Of a stretch of 64,000 bases of DNA, positions 47,462 to 56,819 are shown piece by piece. The stretch spans positions 5,902 to 69,901 of IMG/VR virus record IMGVR_UViG_3300032323_001720; one strand, given 5' to 3'. Both the position numbers and the translations under genes were made by a program. The notes below the pieces were generated by a model. That model was given only the letters and a program-made list of their open reading frames with translations. It had not been told where the DNA came from and ran no database searches. Numbering within the stretch: the stretch's first letter is position 1; the number at the start of each line of letters is the position of its first letter. This DNA is from a virus.

Positions 47462-49150
47462 ATGGCATTTCAAATCTCTCCAGGCGTAAATGTCTCAGAA
47501 GTAGACTTAACTACAGTAGTCCCTTCAGTACTTACAACCGCCGGTGCTTTTGTTGGAACATTCGATTGGGGTCCAGCACAAGAAATCATACTGACTGACA
47601 GCGAAGTTAACTTACTGAAGACCTTTGGACAGCCTAGTTCAAACTCGGCCGTATCTTTCTTTTCGGCAGCAAACTTCTTGGCATACGGAAATAATTTAAG
47701 AACTGTTCGTGCTGTCGGCGCAAATTGCAAAAATGCAACAGTTACATCAGGTGAAGCTATCAGAGTTAACAACGAAGATATTTTCCAAGAAACATACTTG
47801 AGCGCAAACACCAACACTTATGGTTCTTTCATGGCCAGATATCCTGGCGCATTAGGCAATTCCCTAAACGTTTCTGTTTGTTCTAGCAGCACACAATTCA
47901 GTACATGGGAACACAAATCACTTTTCACATCAGCACCAGGTTCATCTGATTACGCATCTTCACTAGGTGGTTCAAATGACGAATTGCACGTTGTTGTTGT
48001 GGATGAAGATGGTTTGTTTACCGGTGTTAGAGGTACCGTTTTGGAAACATTCCAATTCCTTTCAAAAGCATCAGACGCAAAGATCAATGGTCAATCAAAC
48101 TATTACAAACAAGTAATTTTTGACACATCAAACTATGTGTATGCAGTTGCACCTGTAGATTATGCAAATACTGTAGACACATGGGGCCAAACAGCCGCAA
48201 ATAGAGCATTTGATACTGCATTAAATACATATCAATCTTTGGCTGGCGGAAATGATGAGTTGCCAACAAATGCTAACCTGCAAACTGGTTGGGACTTATT
48301 TGCCAACAAAGACACAGTTGATGTTTCTCTAGTTGTTACTGGCGATGCAAGCACAACAGTTCAACAATACGTTATTGACAACGTTGTTAATGGACGTAAA
48401 GACTGTGTTGCATTCATTTCACCTGCTCAAGGTGATGTTGTTAACGAAACAGATGCTACCGCAACAACCAATATTACTACATGGTTGACAAACCTGTCAC
48501 GTAGATCATCATATGTTGTTGCTGATTCTGGTTGGAAATATCAGTTCGACAAGTACAACAACGTATATCGTTGGATTCCACTGAACGGTGATATTGCTGG
48601 TCTGTGTGTATATACTGACAACGTAACAGATCCTTGGTTCTCTCCAGCAGGTTACAACCGTGGCGCTATCAAGAACGTCATCAAACTGGCTTGGAACCCA
48701 CCAAAAACATATCGTGACACACTATATGCAGCAGGTGTAAACCCAGTTGTTTCTTTCCCTGGTCAAGGAACCATACTGTTTGGAGACAAGACACTGTTGA
48801 ACAAACCTTCAGCATTTGATCGTATCAATGTACGTAGACTGTTCATTGTTCTGGAAAAAGCAATCTCTGAAGCATCTAAGTTCTCTCTGTTTGAATTGAA
48901 TGATGAATTCACCAGATCACAATTTGTGTCTCTGATTACTCCTTTCCTACGTGACATTCAAGGTCGCCGTGGCATCGTTGACTTTAAAGTTGTTTGCGAT
49001 GCGACAAATAATACACCACAAGTTATTGACAACAATCAATTTGTTGGTGATATTTACATTAAGCCTGCTCGTTCAATTAACTACATTCAACTGAATTTTG
49101 TTGCTGTTGCTACAGGTGTTGAGTTCAACACAATTGTTGGTGCAGCTTAA
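47462..49150 (+). CDS. gp18: Tail sheath protein gp18
   Basis: SPGV...EVDLT, PWFSPAG.NRG and FDRINVRRLF motifs; CATAAATA late box at 47400. Confidence 0.97.
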   Translation: MAFQISPGVNVSEVDLTTVVPSVLTTAGAFVGTFDWGPAQEIILTDSEVNLLKTFGQPSSNSAVSFFSAANFLAYGNNLRTVRAVGANCKNATVTSGEAIRVNNEDIFQETYLSANTNTYGSFMARYPGALGNSLNVSVCSSSTQFSTWEHKSLFTSAPGSSDYASSLGGSNDELHVVVVDEDGLFTGVRGTVLETFQFLSKASDAKINGQSNYYKQVIFDTSNYVYAVAPVDYANTVDTWGQTAANRAFDTALNTYQSLAGGNDELPTNANLQTGWDLFANKDTVDVSLVVTGDASTTVQQYVIDNVVNGRKDCVAFISPAQGDVVNETDATATTNITTWLTNLSRRSSYVVADSGWKYQFDKYNNVYRWIPLNGDIAGLCVYTDNVTDPWFSPAGYNRGAIKNVIKLAWNPPKTYRDTLYAAGVNPVVSFPGQGTILFGDKTLLNKPSAFDRINVRRLFIVLEKAISEASKFSLFELNDEFTRSQFVSLITPFLRDIQGRRGIVDFKVVCDATNNTPQVIDNNQFVGDIYIKPARSINYIQLNFVAVATGVEFNTIVGAA

Positions 49151-49177
49151 TAAATAAACAATAACGGGAGAAAAAAA

Positions 49178-49765
49178 ATGGCATTTAATGTAGCAGAATT
49201 CAGATCAAACATGATTGGTGACGGCGCACGTGCCAATCTGTTTTCTGTAGACATGATTCTACCAAGCTATGCACAAGCTGCACAAGCTGCAACAAACAAA
49301 GTCAGATTCATGGCTAAGTCGGCACAGTTACCTGGTTCCACAATCGGAACAGTACCTATGTTCTACTTTGGTCGTGAAATGAAGTTTGCCGGTAACAGAT
49401 CATTCGCAGATTGGACAATTACGATTGTAAACGATGAAGACTTCCTAATCAGAAATGCAATGGAAAGTTGGATGAATTCAATCAATAACCACAGATCAAA
49501 CACAAGAGCTGGTGTTGCACTAAGAAGCGGTTCTGGTCCAGCAACAACTGTTGGTGGTTATACAACTGATGCAAACGTTGTTCAATATGGCAAAACAGGA
49601 AACGTACTAAAGAATTACAATTTTGTTGGTATTTTCCCAATTGACATATCTGCAATCGATTTAGATTGGGGTTCAAACGATGCTATCGAAGAATTCACAG
49701 TGACATTCGCATATCAGTATTGGGAAACCAATTCAACACCACCTTCTGAATTACCAGCGGGTTAA
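49178..49765 (+). CDS. gp19: Tail tube protein gp19
   Basis: GAR.NLF, AQLPGS, GR..KFAG.R.F..WT.T..NDEDF and IEEF.VTF.Y motifs. Confidence 0.95.
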   Translation: MAFNVAEFRSNMIGDGARANLFSVDMILPSYAQAAQAATNKVRFMAKSAQLPGSTIGTVPMFYFGREMKFAGNRSFADWTITIVNDEDFLIRNAMESWMNSINNHRSNTRAGVALRSGSGPATTVGGYTTDANVVQYGKTGNVLKNYNFVGIFPIDISAIDLDWGSNDAIEEFTVTFAYQYWETNSTPPSELPAG

Positions 49766-49789
49766 TGGTGTTTACAACTTGAATTAAAC

Positions 49790-49822
49790 GGAAGGGCCCA
49801 CGGGCTCTTCCATTTATGTTTT
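49790..49822 (+). terminator. Rho-independent terminator after gp19
   Basis: Stem GGAAGGGCC / GGCTCTTCC with CACG loop, followed by a T-rich tract. Confidence 0.65.
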
Positions 49823-49851
49823 ATTGATTTTATTATTAATTTTTAAAAAAT

Positions 49852-51579
49852 ATGGCCGATACTAATAAATTTTCACTTTTCGGATTTACAATCTCACGTG
49901 ATAAGAGAGAACAAGAGGATGTTCTCCAGCAATCTTTTGCGCCTCCGGCCGCAGATGATGGCGCATTAACTATTTCATCAGCCGCTTATTATGGTACATA
50001 CGTTGACTTAGACGGTACTGCAAAGAATGAAGTCGAATTGATTTCTAGATACCGCGAAATGTCAATGCAACCAGAAATTGAATCTGCAATCGATGACATA
50101 GTTAATGAAGCTATTTGTCAAGACGATGACGGTAAAATTATCAATATCGTTTTAGACAATCTAAAACAACCCGATAGAATCAAAAAAGCCTTAAAAGAAG
50201 AGTTCAACATCATTCTTAAATTGTTGAACTACAATAATATGGCTCACGATATCTTCCGTAGATATTATGTTGATGGTAGAATGTATTACCACATCATCAT
50301 CGACAAAGAAAATCCTGCTGAAGGTATTAAAGAATTAAGATATATCGATCCTCGTAAACTACGCAAGGTTCGTGAAATCAAAAAACAAAAAGATGAAAGA
50401 ACTGGTGCAGAGATAATGGCAACAGTCAATGAGTATTATCTCTATAATGACAAGGTTGTCACTGGAAGTTCTTCCAACTATGGACCTGTTGGTGTTCGTA
50501 TCACGACAGACTCTATTATCTCCGTAGTCTCAGGACTTATGGATTCACGCCGTGCAGTTGTTTTGAGTTACCTACACAAGGCAATCAAACCACTGAACCA
50601 GTTGCGTATGATTGAAGACGCAACGGTTATCTACCGCATCTCTAGAGCACCAGAACGCCGCATCTTCTATATTGACGTAGGCAACTTACCAAAGTTAAAA
50701 GCAGAACAATACCTGCGCGACATTATGGTCAAATACAAAAACAAACTTGTATATGACGCAAACACTGGTGAAATCCGTGATGACAGAAAATTCTTATCCA
50801 TGATGGAAGACTTCTGGTTACCACGTAGAGAAGGTGGCAAGGGCACAGAAATCACCACACTACCAGGTGGTCAAAACCTAGGTGAACTGGAAGACGTTAA
50901 GTATTTCCAGAAAAAACTATATGGTGCGTTGAACGTTCCAGTTTCTAGACTAGAAACAAACCAAAGTTTCTCTTTAGGTCGTTCATCAGAAATTACACGT
51001 GATGAAATTAAGTTCTCTAAGTTTGTTGCACGTATGCGTAACAAGTTTTCAGATGTTTTTGACCAAGCAATGCGTGTTCAGTGTGTACTGAAAGGTATTT
51101 GTACCGCAGATGAGTGGGATGTCTTTAAAGAAAACATCTATTTCGATTTCATTCAAGACAACAACTTCACGGAACTTAAAGACGCGGAGTTGATGAGAGA
51201 AAGACTTTCATTGTTGCAGTCTGTCGATCCTTATACTGGTCGTTATTTCTCACAAAAGTGGATTCAACAAAACGTGTTGCGTCTGACAGATGATGAAATT
51301 AAAGAGATGCAAGATCAAATCGATTTGGAAAAAGAACAAGGTTTAGGTTTACCAGTTGAGGTAACAAACTCAGTTGCACAACAACAAATGGCAGGTGACA
51401 TTCAAACGCAGCAACAGTTGCAAATGGCACAAGGGCAAGCTGAGATACAACAAGATATGCAACCTCAACAACAAGCACCTGCGGCAAATAATTCAAGTGA
51501 CAAAAAGAAACAAACCAGTTCTAGAGCCGACTTGAGTTTAGAAGATACTACATTCACTAAATTGAAACGTATATTATAA
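49852..51579 (+). CDS. gp20: Portal vertex protein gp20
   Basis: YR..RAPERRIFYIDVGNLPK.KAEQYL and EDFWLPRREGGKGTEITTLPGG motifs. Confidence 0.98.
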   Translation: MADTNKFSLFGFTISRDKREQEDVLQQSFAPPAADDGALTISSAAYYGTYVDLDGTAKNEVELISRYREMSMQPEIESAIDDIVNEAICQDDDGKIINIVLDNLKQPDRIKKALKEEFNIILKLLNYNNMAHDIFRRYYVDGRMYYHIIIDKENPAEGIKELRYIDPRKLRKVREIKKQKDERTGAEIMATVNEYYLYNDKVVTGSSSNYGPVGVRITTDSIISVVSGLMDSRRAVVLSYLHKAIKPLNQLRMIEDATVIYRISRAPERRIFYIDVGNLPKLKAEQYLRDIMVKYKNKLVYDANTGEIRDDRKFLSMMEDFWLPRREGGKGTEITTLPGGQNLGELEDVKYFQKKLYGALNVPVSRLETNQSFSLGRSSEITRDEIKFSKFVARMRNKFSDVFDQAMRVQCVLKGICTADEWDVFKENIYFDFIQDNNFTELKDAELMRERLSLLQSVDPYTGRYFSQKWIQQNVLRLTDDEIKEMQDQIDLEKEQGLGLPVEVTNSVAQQQMAGDIQTQQQLQMAQGQAEIQQDMQPQQQAPAANNSSDKKKQTSSRADLSLEDTTFTKLKRIL

Positions 51580-51589
51580 GGAGATAGAG

Positions 51590-51781
51590 ATGAGCGAAGT
51601 AACAAGAACCATAGTTGATTTTGCGGATGAAGGTGATGCAAAGAACATGCGTGATGCATTGTATGCAGCCATTCAAGACAGAGTGATGGCACATATAGAT
51701 TCTCACAAACAGAGTATTGCAAAAACATTAATTGCACCAGAAGAGTCGGAAGATTCAACTGATGCGGTTGAAAACGCTTAA
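51590..51781 (+). CDS. Small acidic prohead core protein (gp67-position)
   Basis: 63-aa acidic ORF with AGGAG RBS directly after the portal gene. Confidence 0.55.
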   Translation: MSEVTRTIVDFADEGDAKNMRDALYAAIQDRVMAHIDSHKQSIAKTLIAPEESEDSTDAVENA

Positions 51782-51809
51782 ATACCTCAAATAATACTAG
51801 GAATAAAAA

Positions 51810-52355
51810 ATGGCCAACAAATATACTTATCAAGTACTAAAGGACGATACACAATTTGCAGTCATCAAACTGACAGCAGATTTTGACGGTACTGGCCAAG
51901 AGAACAATACAGCAAGAATTGCCGCAAACACTCTTTATGGTGCTTTGGCAACAAACGGTTTCTTAGTTGCAAATTCTCAAGGCGGCGCAGCAAACACAAC
52001 ACTATCATATTACGGTTTAAATGTGAATCGTATTTGGTACGACACAGACACAGGAACAGGTGATGTTCAATTGTATTGGTCAAATACTGCAAGTGCATTA
52101 GCTAATGCAGGTGTACCAATTATGTTCTTACAGGGTAATGGTGAGTATGATGCCGGTGGAAACTGGATTACTATTAGAAATCCCAACAGAACATCATTTC
52201 ACAATGGAGACATTGGTATAGTCACCAGAGGTCAAGTTGCAAATTCAAGTTACACAATTATTCTAGAATTGCGTAAAGAAAACGAATACTACCAGCGCGG
52301 TCAGTTCAACGATCCTGCTGCATTCAACTACGGCGAATATTCGATCCGTCCATAA
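51810..52355 (+). CDS. Conserved hypothetical protein of the head module
   Basis: ORF between the portal and the prohead protease, with AGGA RBS and upstream CTTAAATA box. Confidence 0.65.
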   Translation: MANKYTYQVLKDDTQFAVIKLTADFDGTGQENNTARIAANTLYGALATNGFLVANSQGGAANTTLSYYGLNVNRIWYDTDTGTGDVQLYWSNTASALANAGVPIMFLQGNGEYDAGGNWITIRNPNRTSFHNGDIGIVTRGQVANSSYTIILELRKENEYYQRGQFNDPAAFNYGEYSIRP

Positions 52356-52367
52356 TAAGGTAATAAA

Positions 52368-53012
52368 ATGAAACTTATTAAAGAAATTACCGAGTCCGTA
52401 AATTACTTAACGGAAGAAAAAGATGGAAAGAAAACTCTCTTCATTGAGGGTCCTTTCCTTGTTTCCGAAAGAACAAATAAAAATGGACGTATGTATAAAG
52501 AAGAAACTATGCGTAAAGAAGTTTCTCGTTATACAGAAGAATACATCAATAAAAATCGTGCCTTCGGTGAACTGGGACATCCAGATACACCTTCAATCAA
52601 TCTCGACCGCGTTTCACACTTAATCGTGGGTTTGCGTCAAGAAGGAAATGATTGGATAGGCAAAGCTAAAATTCTTGAAACACCAATGGGCAATATTGCA
52701 AAGAACCTGATCGAGGGTGGCGCACAACTAGGTGTGTCTTCTCGCGGTATGGGTTCTCTGAAAGCAGTCAATGGTGTTAACATAGTTCAAGATGACTTTC
52801 ATCTGGCCACAGCGGCAGATATCGTAGCAGATCCTTCTGCGCCTGGAGCTTTTGTTCAAGGTATTATGGAAGGTAAAGAATGGGTGTTTGTTAACGGAAT
52901 TTGGACCGAACAACATATCGAAGAATCACAGAAGTTAATTAAAAAGGCTTCTCGTAAAGATATCGAAAAAGTAAGTTTACAAATTTTCGAAAACTTCATC
53001 AAAAAACTTTAA
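52368..53012 (+). CDS. gp21: Prohead core protease gp21
   Basis: MKLI.E, GELGHP, LGVSSRGMGSL and DIVADPSAP.AFV.GIME motifs. Confidence 0.96.
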   Translation: MKLIKEITESVNYLTEEKDGKKTLFIEGPFLVSERTNKNGRMYKEETMRKEVSRYTEEYINKNRAFGELGHPDTPSINLDRVSHLIVGLRQEGNDWIGKAKILETPMGNIAKNLIEGGAQLGVSSRGMGSLKAVNGVNIVQDDFHLATAADIVADPSAPGAFVQGIMEGKEWVFVNGIWTEQHIEESQKLIKKASRKDIEKVSLQIFENFIKKL

Positions 53013-53013
53013 T

Positions 53014-53021
53014 TATAAATA
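53014..53021 (+). promoter_or_regulatory. T4 late promoter TATAAATA
   Basis: Perfect consensus about 30 nt upstream of the gp22 ATG. Confidence 0.8.
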
Positions 53022-53051
53022 TCCAATATATAAATCAAGGAGATTCTCAAA

Positions 53052-54311
53052 ATGGGAAAATTTAATCTGACAGAAGCCGCTAAAGACATTTTGCAAGGCA
53101 ACGTATCTGCAAAACACGGTGGCCAAGATGCACCACAAAAACTAAGTGGCGCCGTTGCTTATGGCACAAAAGAAGCTGGCGAAGTTGCTGGTGTCGTTGA
53201 CAAACAAGATGACGATAAGCCAGATTATACAAAAGGCACACCAAGTGCTACACCTCCTGGTGCAACACCACCAGTTGGTGCTCAGCCTGGTGGCAAGTTG
53301 TCTGGACCAGCAGATTCAGAAGGACGTAAAGATTTGGCACAGACTGTTCAAGCAGATGCCACAGAATACGCTTCGATCCGTGACCGTGTAAAAGCTCGTC
53401 TGGCTACACAAACAATGCAGTCAAATCCTGGCGCAGTTTTCCATGCCGTTCCAGAAGAAACAGAAGTTGATTCTGAAGTTATTGCTGAAGCTGAGAAAGA
53501 AGAAAAAGAAGGTCACGAGGACGAAGCTCAAGACAAAGCAATGATCAAGAAGATGATGAAAAAACAAAAAATGAAAGAAGACATGGACGCTGACGTTGAT
53601 GCACTTCTTTCTGGTGAAAATCTCTCTGAAGAATTCAAAGAGAAAGCACAAACAATTTTTGAAGCTGCCGTTATTGCACGTTCACACGCAATCGTTGAAG
53701 AAGTTGAAGAAGCTCTGTACGAAGAGTTCGAATTGGCTGTTGAAGAAGTCAAAAACGAATTGGCAACAAAGCTTGATGACTACATCAACTACATGGCAGA
53801 AGAGTGGGTCAAAGAGAACCAACTGGCAATCGAAAAAGGTCTGCGTTCTGAAATCGTTGAAGATTTTATCCGTGGATTACACGACCTGTTCAAAGAACAC
53901 TACATCGATATTCCAGAAGAAAAAGTGGATGTTGTCGAAGAACTGACAAACAAAGTTGAAGAACTTGAAGCCACAATCAACGAACAGATCGAATCTGCTG
54001 TTAAGTTGAAAAAGGAATTGAACGAACACAAAAAGAATGAGGCTATACATGCAGTATGTGAGGGCCTAACGCAGACTCAAGTGGAAAAAATGAAATCACT
54101 CGCAGAGAGTGTTGATTTTACCACTGACGAAGATTTCGCAGACAAACTAGTTACACTGAGACAATCATATTTCAGTGCATCAGTTAAACCTGCGGACAGT
54201 TCTGCTCTGAACGAAGCAGTGGAGATCGAGGAAGAAAAGAAGGAACAACCTTCTGCCGATCCAATGATCAACATGTATGCAAAAACAATCTCAAAAACAT
54301 TGGCTAAATAA
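53052..54311 (+). CDS. gp22: Prohead core scaffold protein gp22
   Basis: LSEEFK.KA.TIFEAAV, Y..EEW..EN.LA.E.G and LF.EHYID.P motifs; synteny. Confidence 0.93.
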   Translation: MGKFNLTEAAKDILQGNVSAKHGGQDAPQKLSGAVAYGTKEAGEVAGVVDKQDDDKPDYTKGTPSATPPGATPPVGAQPGGKLSGPADSEGRKDLAQTVQADATEYASIRDRVKARLATQTMQSNPGAVFHAVPEETEVDSEVIAEAEKEEKEGHEDEAQDKAMIKKMMKKQKMKEDMDADVDALLSGENLSEEFKEKAQTIFEAAVIARSHAIVEEVEEALYEEFELAVEEVKNELATKLDDYINYMAEEWVKENQLAIEKGLRSEIVEDFIRGLHDLFKEHYIDIPEEKVDVVEELTNKVEELEATINEQIESAVKLKKELNEHKKNEAIHAVCEGLTQTQVEKMKSLAESVDFTTDEDFADKLVTLRQSYFSASVKPADSSALNEAVEIEEEKKEQPSADPMINMYAKTISKTLAK

Positions 54312-54351
54312 ATAAAATTTACCAATATTAGAAACTCACAAGGAGAAATCA

Positions 54352-55698
54352 ATGTTTCTATCTGAAGAATTACAAAAGAAATGGACTCCTGTTCTGGAAC
54401 ACCCAGAACTGGAAAAAATTACAGATCCATACAAGAAAGCCGTTACTGCTGTAGTGTTGGAAAACCAACAACAAGCAATGAAGGAATCTGCACAACAACT
54501 GAATGAAACAACCTACTCAGCTGCGCCAACAAACGTAACTGGTGGTGTTTCAAACTACGACCCAATCTTAATCAGCTTGGTTCGCCGTGCTCTGCCTAAC
54601 CTGATTGCTTATGACGTTGCTGGCGTTCAGCCAATGACAGGTCCTACAGGCCTGATCTTCGCAATGCGTGCTCGTTACGACACACAATCTGGCGGTCCTT
54701 CTAATACAAACGAAGCCTTCTTCAACGAAGCTAACACCATCTTCTCTGGTGCTGGTTCTTCTACTAACCTGTATGGCTTCCGTGGTAACAACACAACAGA
54801 CGTTAGAACAAACTCTGTTGCAGACTTTACTGCTAACAGCTACACAACTGGTATCGGCATGACAACAACACGTGCTGAAGGCCTGGGTGCAGACACAGAC
54901 ACAGGTATGTTCAACCAGATGGCATTCAGCATTGAGAAAGTTACTGTAACTGCTCAATCACGTGCTCTGAAGGCTGAGTACTCTCTGGAACTGGCACAAG
55001 ACCTGAAAGCAGTTCATGGTCTGGATGCTGAAACAGAATTGTCTAACATTCTGTCTACAGAGATTCTTGCTGAAATCAACCGTGAAGTTATCCGTACAAT
55101 CTACACATGCGCTGTTGGCGGTGCTCAGTTCGGTACAACAACCGCTGGTGTGTTCGACTTAGACACAGACTCTAACGGTCGTTGGTCTGTTGAGCGTTTC
55201 AAAGGTCTGATTTTCCAAATCGAACGTGATGCTAACGTTATCGCTAAGCAGACTCGTCGTGGAAAAGGTAACGTTCTGATCGTTTCTTCAGACGTTGCTT
55301 CTGCTATGGCTATGGCTGGTGTTCTGCAATACACACCTGGTCTGCAAGCTGACCTGCAAGTTGATGACACAGGCAACACCTTCGCTGGTCTGTTGCACGG
55401 TCGTATCAAGGTCTACATCGATCCATACTTCGGTGGATACACATCCAACCAAGAATTGGTAACTGTTGGTTATAAGGGTACTTCTCCTTATGACGCTGGT
55501 CTATTCTACTGCCCATACGTTCCTCTACAAATGGTTCGTGCAGTTGACCAGTATACATTCCAACCAAAGATTGGATTCAAGACACGTTACGGCATGGTTG
55601 CAAACCCATTCGCAACAGGTCTGACAACTGGCAACGGTGCTCTGAACGCACGTAGCAACGTTTACTACAGAATCTTCCAAGTTAAGAACCTGATGTAA
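54352..55698 (+). CDS. gp23: Major capsid protein gp23
   Basis: GVQPMTGPTGLIFAMR, RALKAEYS.ELAQDLKA.HGLDAE and FQPKIGFKTRYG motifs. Confidence 0.99.
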   Translation: MFLSEELQKKWTPVLEHPELEKITDPYKKAVTAVVLENQQQAMKESAQQLNETTYSAAPTNVTGGVSNYDPILISLVRRALPNLIAYDVAGVQPMTGPTGLIFAMRARYDTQSGGPSNTNEAFFNEANTIFSGAGSSTNLYGFRGNNTTDVRTNSVADFTANSYTTGIGMTTTRAEGLGADTDTGMFNQMAFSIEKVTVTAQSRALKAEYSLELAQDLKAVHGLDAETELSNILSTEILAEINREVIRTIYTCAVGGAQFGTTTAGVFDLDTDSNGRWSVERFKGLIFQIERDANVIAKQTRRGKGNVLIVSSDVASAMAMAGVLQYTPGLQADLQVDDTGNTFAGLLHGRIKVYIDPYFGGYTSNQELVTVGYKGTSPYDAGLFYCPYVPLQMVRAVDQYTFQPKIGFKTRYGMVANPFATGLTTGNGALNARSNVYYRIFQVKNLM

Positions 55699-55728
55699 TC
55701 GGTAAGTCACCGTTAAGAGTGACACTTT

Positions 55729-55755
55729 AAAAGGGACCTTCGGGTCCCTTTTTTT
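55729..55755 (+). terminator. Rho-independent terminator with C(UUCG)G tetraloop
   Basis: AAAAGGGACC-TTCG-GGTCCCTTTTTTT after gp23. Confidence 0.92.
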
Positions 55756-55786
55756 ATGGTTCCTAAATACCTACAAGGAGATTTAA

Positions 55787-56299
55787 ATGACCGCCCTGAA
55801 CAGAAATCCAGAAAATACAAATCTATTACAACCAACAAAGTTTTTGTTGACGTTTAGTAGGATTACTGCGACACAATATTTTTGTCAATCAGTTAGTATA
55901 CCAAGTATCTCTTTAGGTGAAGTGGATAGAGTTACACCATTTCTGGACTTATATTCTCCTGGCACAAAACTAAAATACGATCCACTGGACATTTCTTTCA
56001 TAATAGATGAAGAATTACAATCTTGGAAAAACTTATATGATTGGTTCATTTCAATTGCCGATCCGGATGGTTTTGGTGGAAGATCACCTAACAGAGAGTT
56101 GCAACAACAGAAATACTTTTCCGATGCAACGTTAACCGTATTGAGTGCTCTGAATAATCCAATTTTGAGAATCGAATTTACTAATATTTTCCCTTTGTCT
56201 TTGTCGAGTATTGATTTTGATACCAGACTATCAGCAGATACTATAGTCACATGTAATGCAACTTTTAGGTATCAATCATATAAGTACTTGACAATTTAA
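55787..56299 (+). CDS. gp3: Tail completion / tube terminator protein gp3
   Basis: N.L.P..F, YFCQ...IP, F.IDE....W...Y.W and SDATL motifs; position after gp23. Confidence 0.85.
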   Translation: MTALNRNPENTNLLQPTKFLLTFSRITATQYFCQSVSIPSISLGEVDRVTPFLDLYSPGTKLKYDPLDISFIIDEELQSWKNLYDWFISIADPDGFGGRSPNRELQQQKYFSDATLTVLSALNNPILRIEFTNIFPLSLSSIDFDTRLSADTIVTCNATFRYQSYKYLTI

Positions 56300-56316
56300 C
56301 TGAAAACCTTTATAAT
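56288..56316 (+). promoter_or_regulatory. Consensus sigma70-type (early) promoter for uvsY-uvsW
   Basis: TTGACA (56288-56293), 17-bp spacer, TATAAT (56311-56316). Confidence 0.85.
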
Positions 56317-56384
56317 GTTTTGAAACAATTTATTTGATGTAAGCTGTTGATCTATATAATAAAAACTGAATTTGTGAAACGATT

Positions 56385-56819
56385 ATGGAAACAATTGAAA
56401 ACATATTGAAGATGTGGGAAAACGATGCGGTTATAGACCAAACGGAACCCAGCAAAGAACTTATCAAGATACCTACACTACACAGCAAGTATCTTGGATT
56501 TCTAACCAAACACAAAATCGCATCGAAAAAGGCACACTTCGATTACCTTCGTATGCGTAAAATCAAATGGGAATACTTCACTGGTAAGTTGTCTCAAGAA
56601 GAACTGGAACAATATGGTTGGGAACCTTTTCAGTTTGCACTCAAATCTGATATCACTACATATCTTGAAGCAGACAAAGACTTAATCAAGTTACTTGAAA
56701 AGAAAGTATACCATGACGAAACTGTGTCGGTCATTGAATCGATTATGAATGAACTGAAACAAAGAACATGGCAATTACGTGATTTTATCTCATGGGAGAA
56801 ATTCGTTGGAGGCCAATGA
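56385..56819 (+). CDS. uvsY: Recombination mediator UvsY
   Basis: W..D..ID, IP.LHSKY, YL.AD and R.WQ....I.W.KF motifs; upstream of uvsW. Confidence 0.9.
   Translation: METIENILKMWENDAVIDQTEPSKELIKIPTLHSKYLGFLTKHKIASKKAHFDYLRMRKIKWEYFTGKLSQEELEQYGWEPFQFALKSDITTYLEADKDLIKLLEKKVYHDETVSVIESIMNELKQRTWQLRDFISWEKFVGGQ

Noticed and set aside
55699-55786. tRNA or other RNA gene after gp23
   Set aside because: Only a short GTCAC/GTGAC hairpin and the terminator are present; I noticed no cloverleaf or T-loop motif here or in other intergenic gaps.
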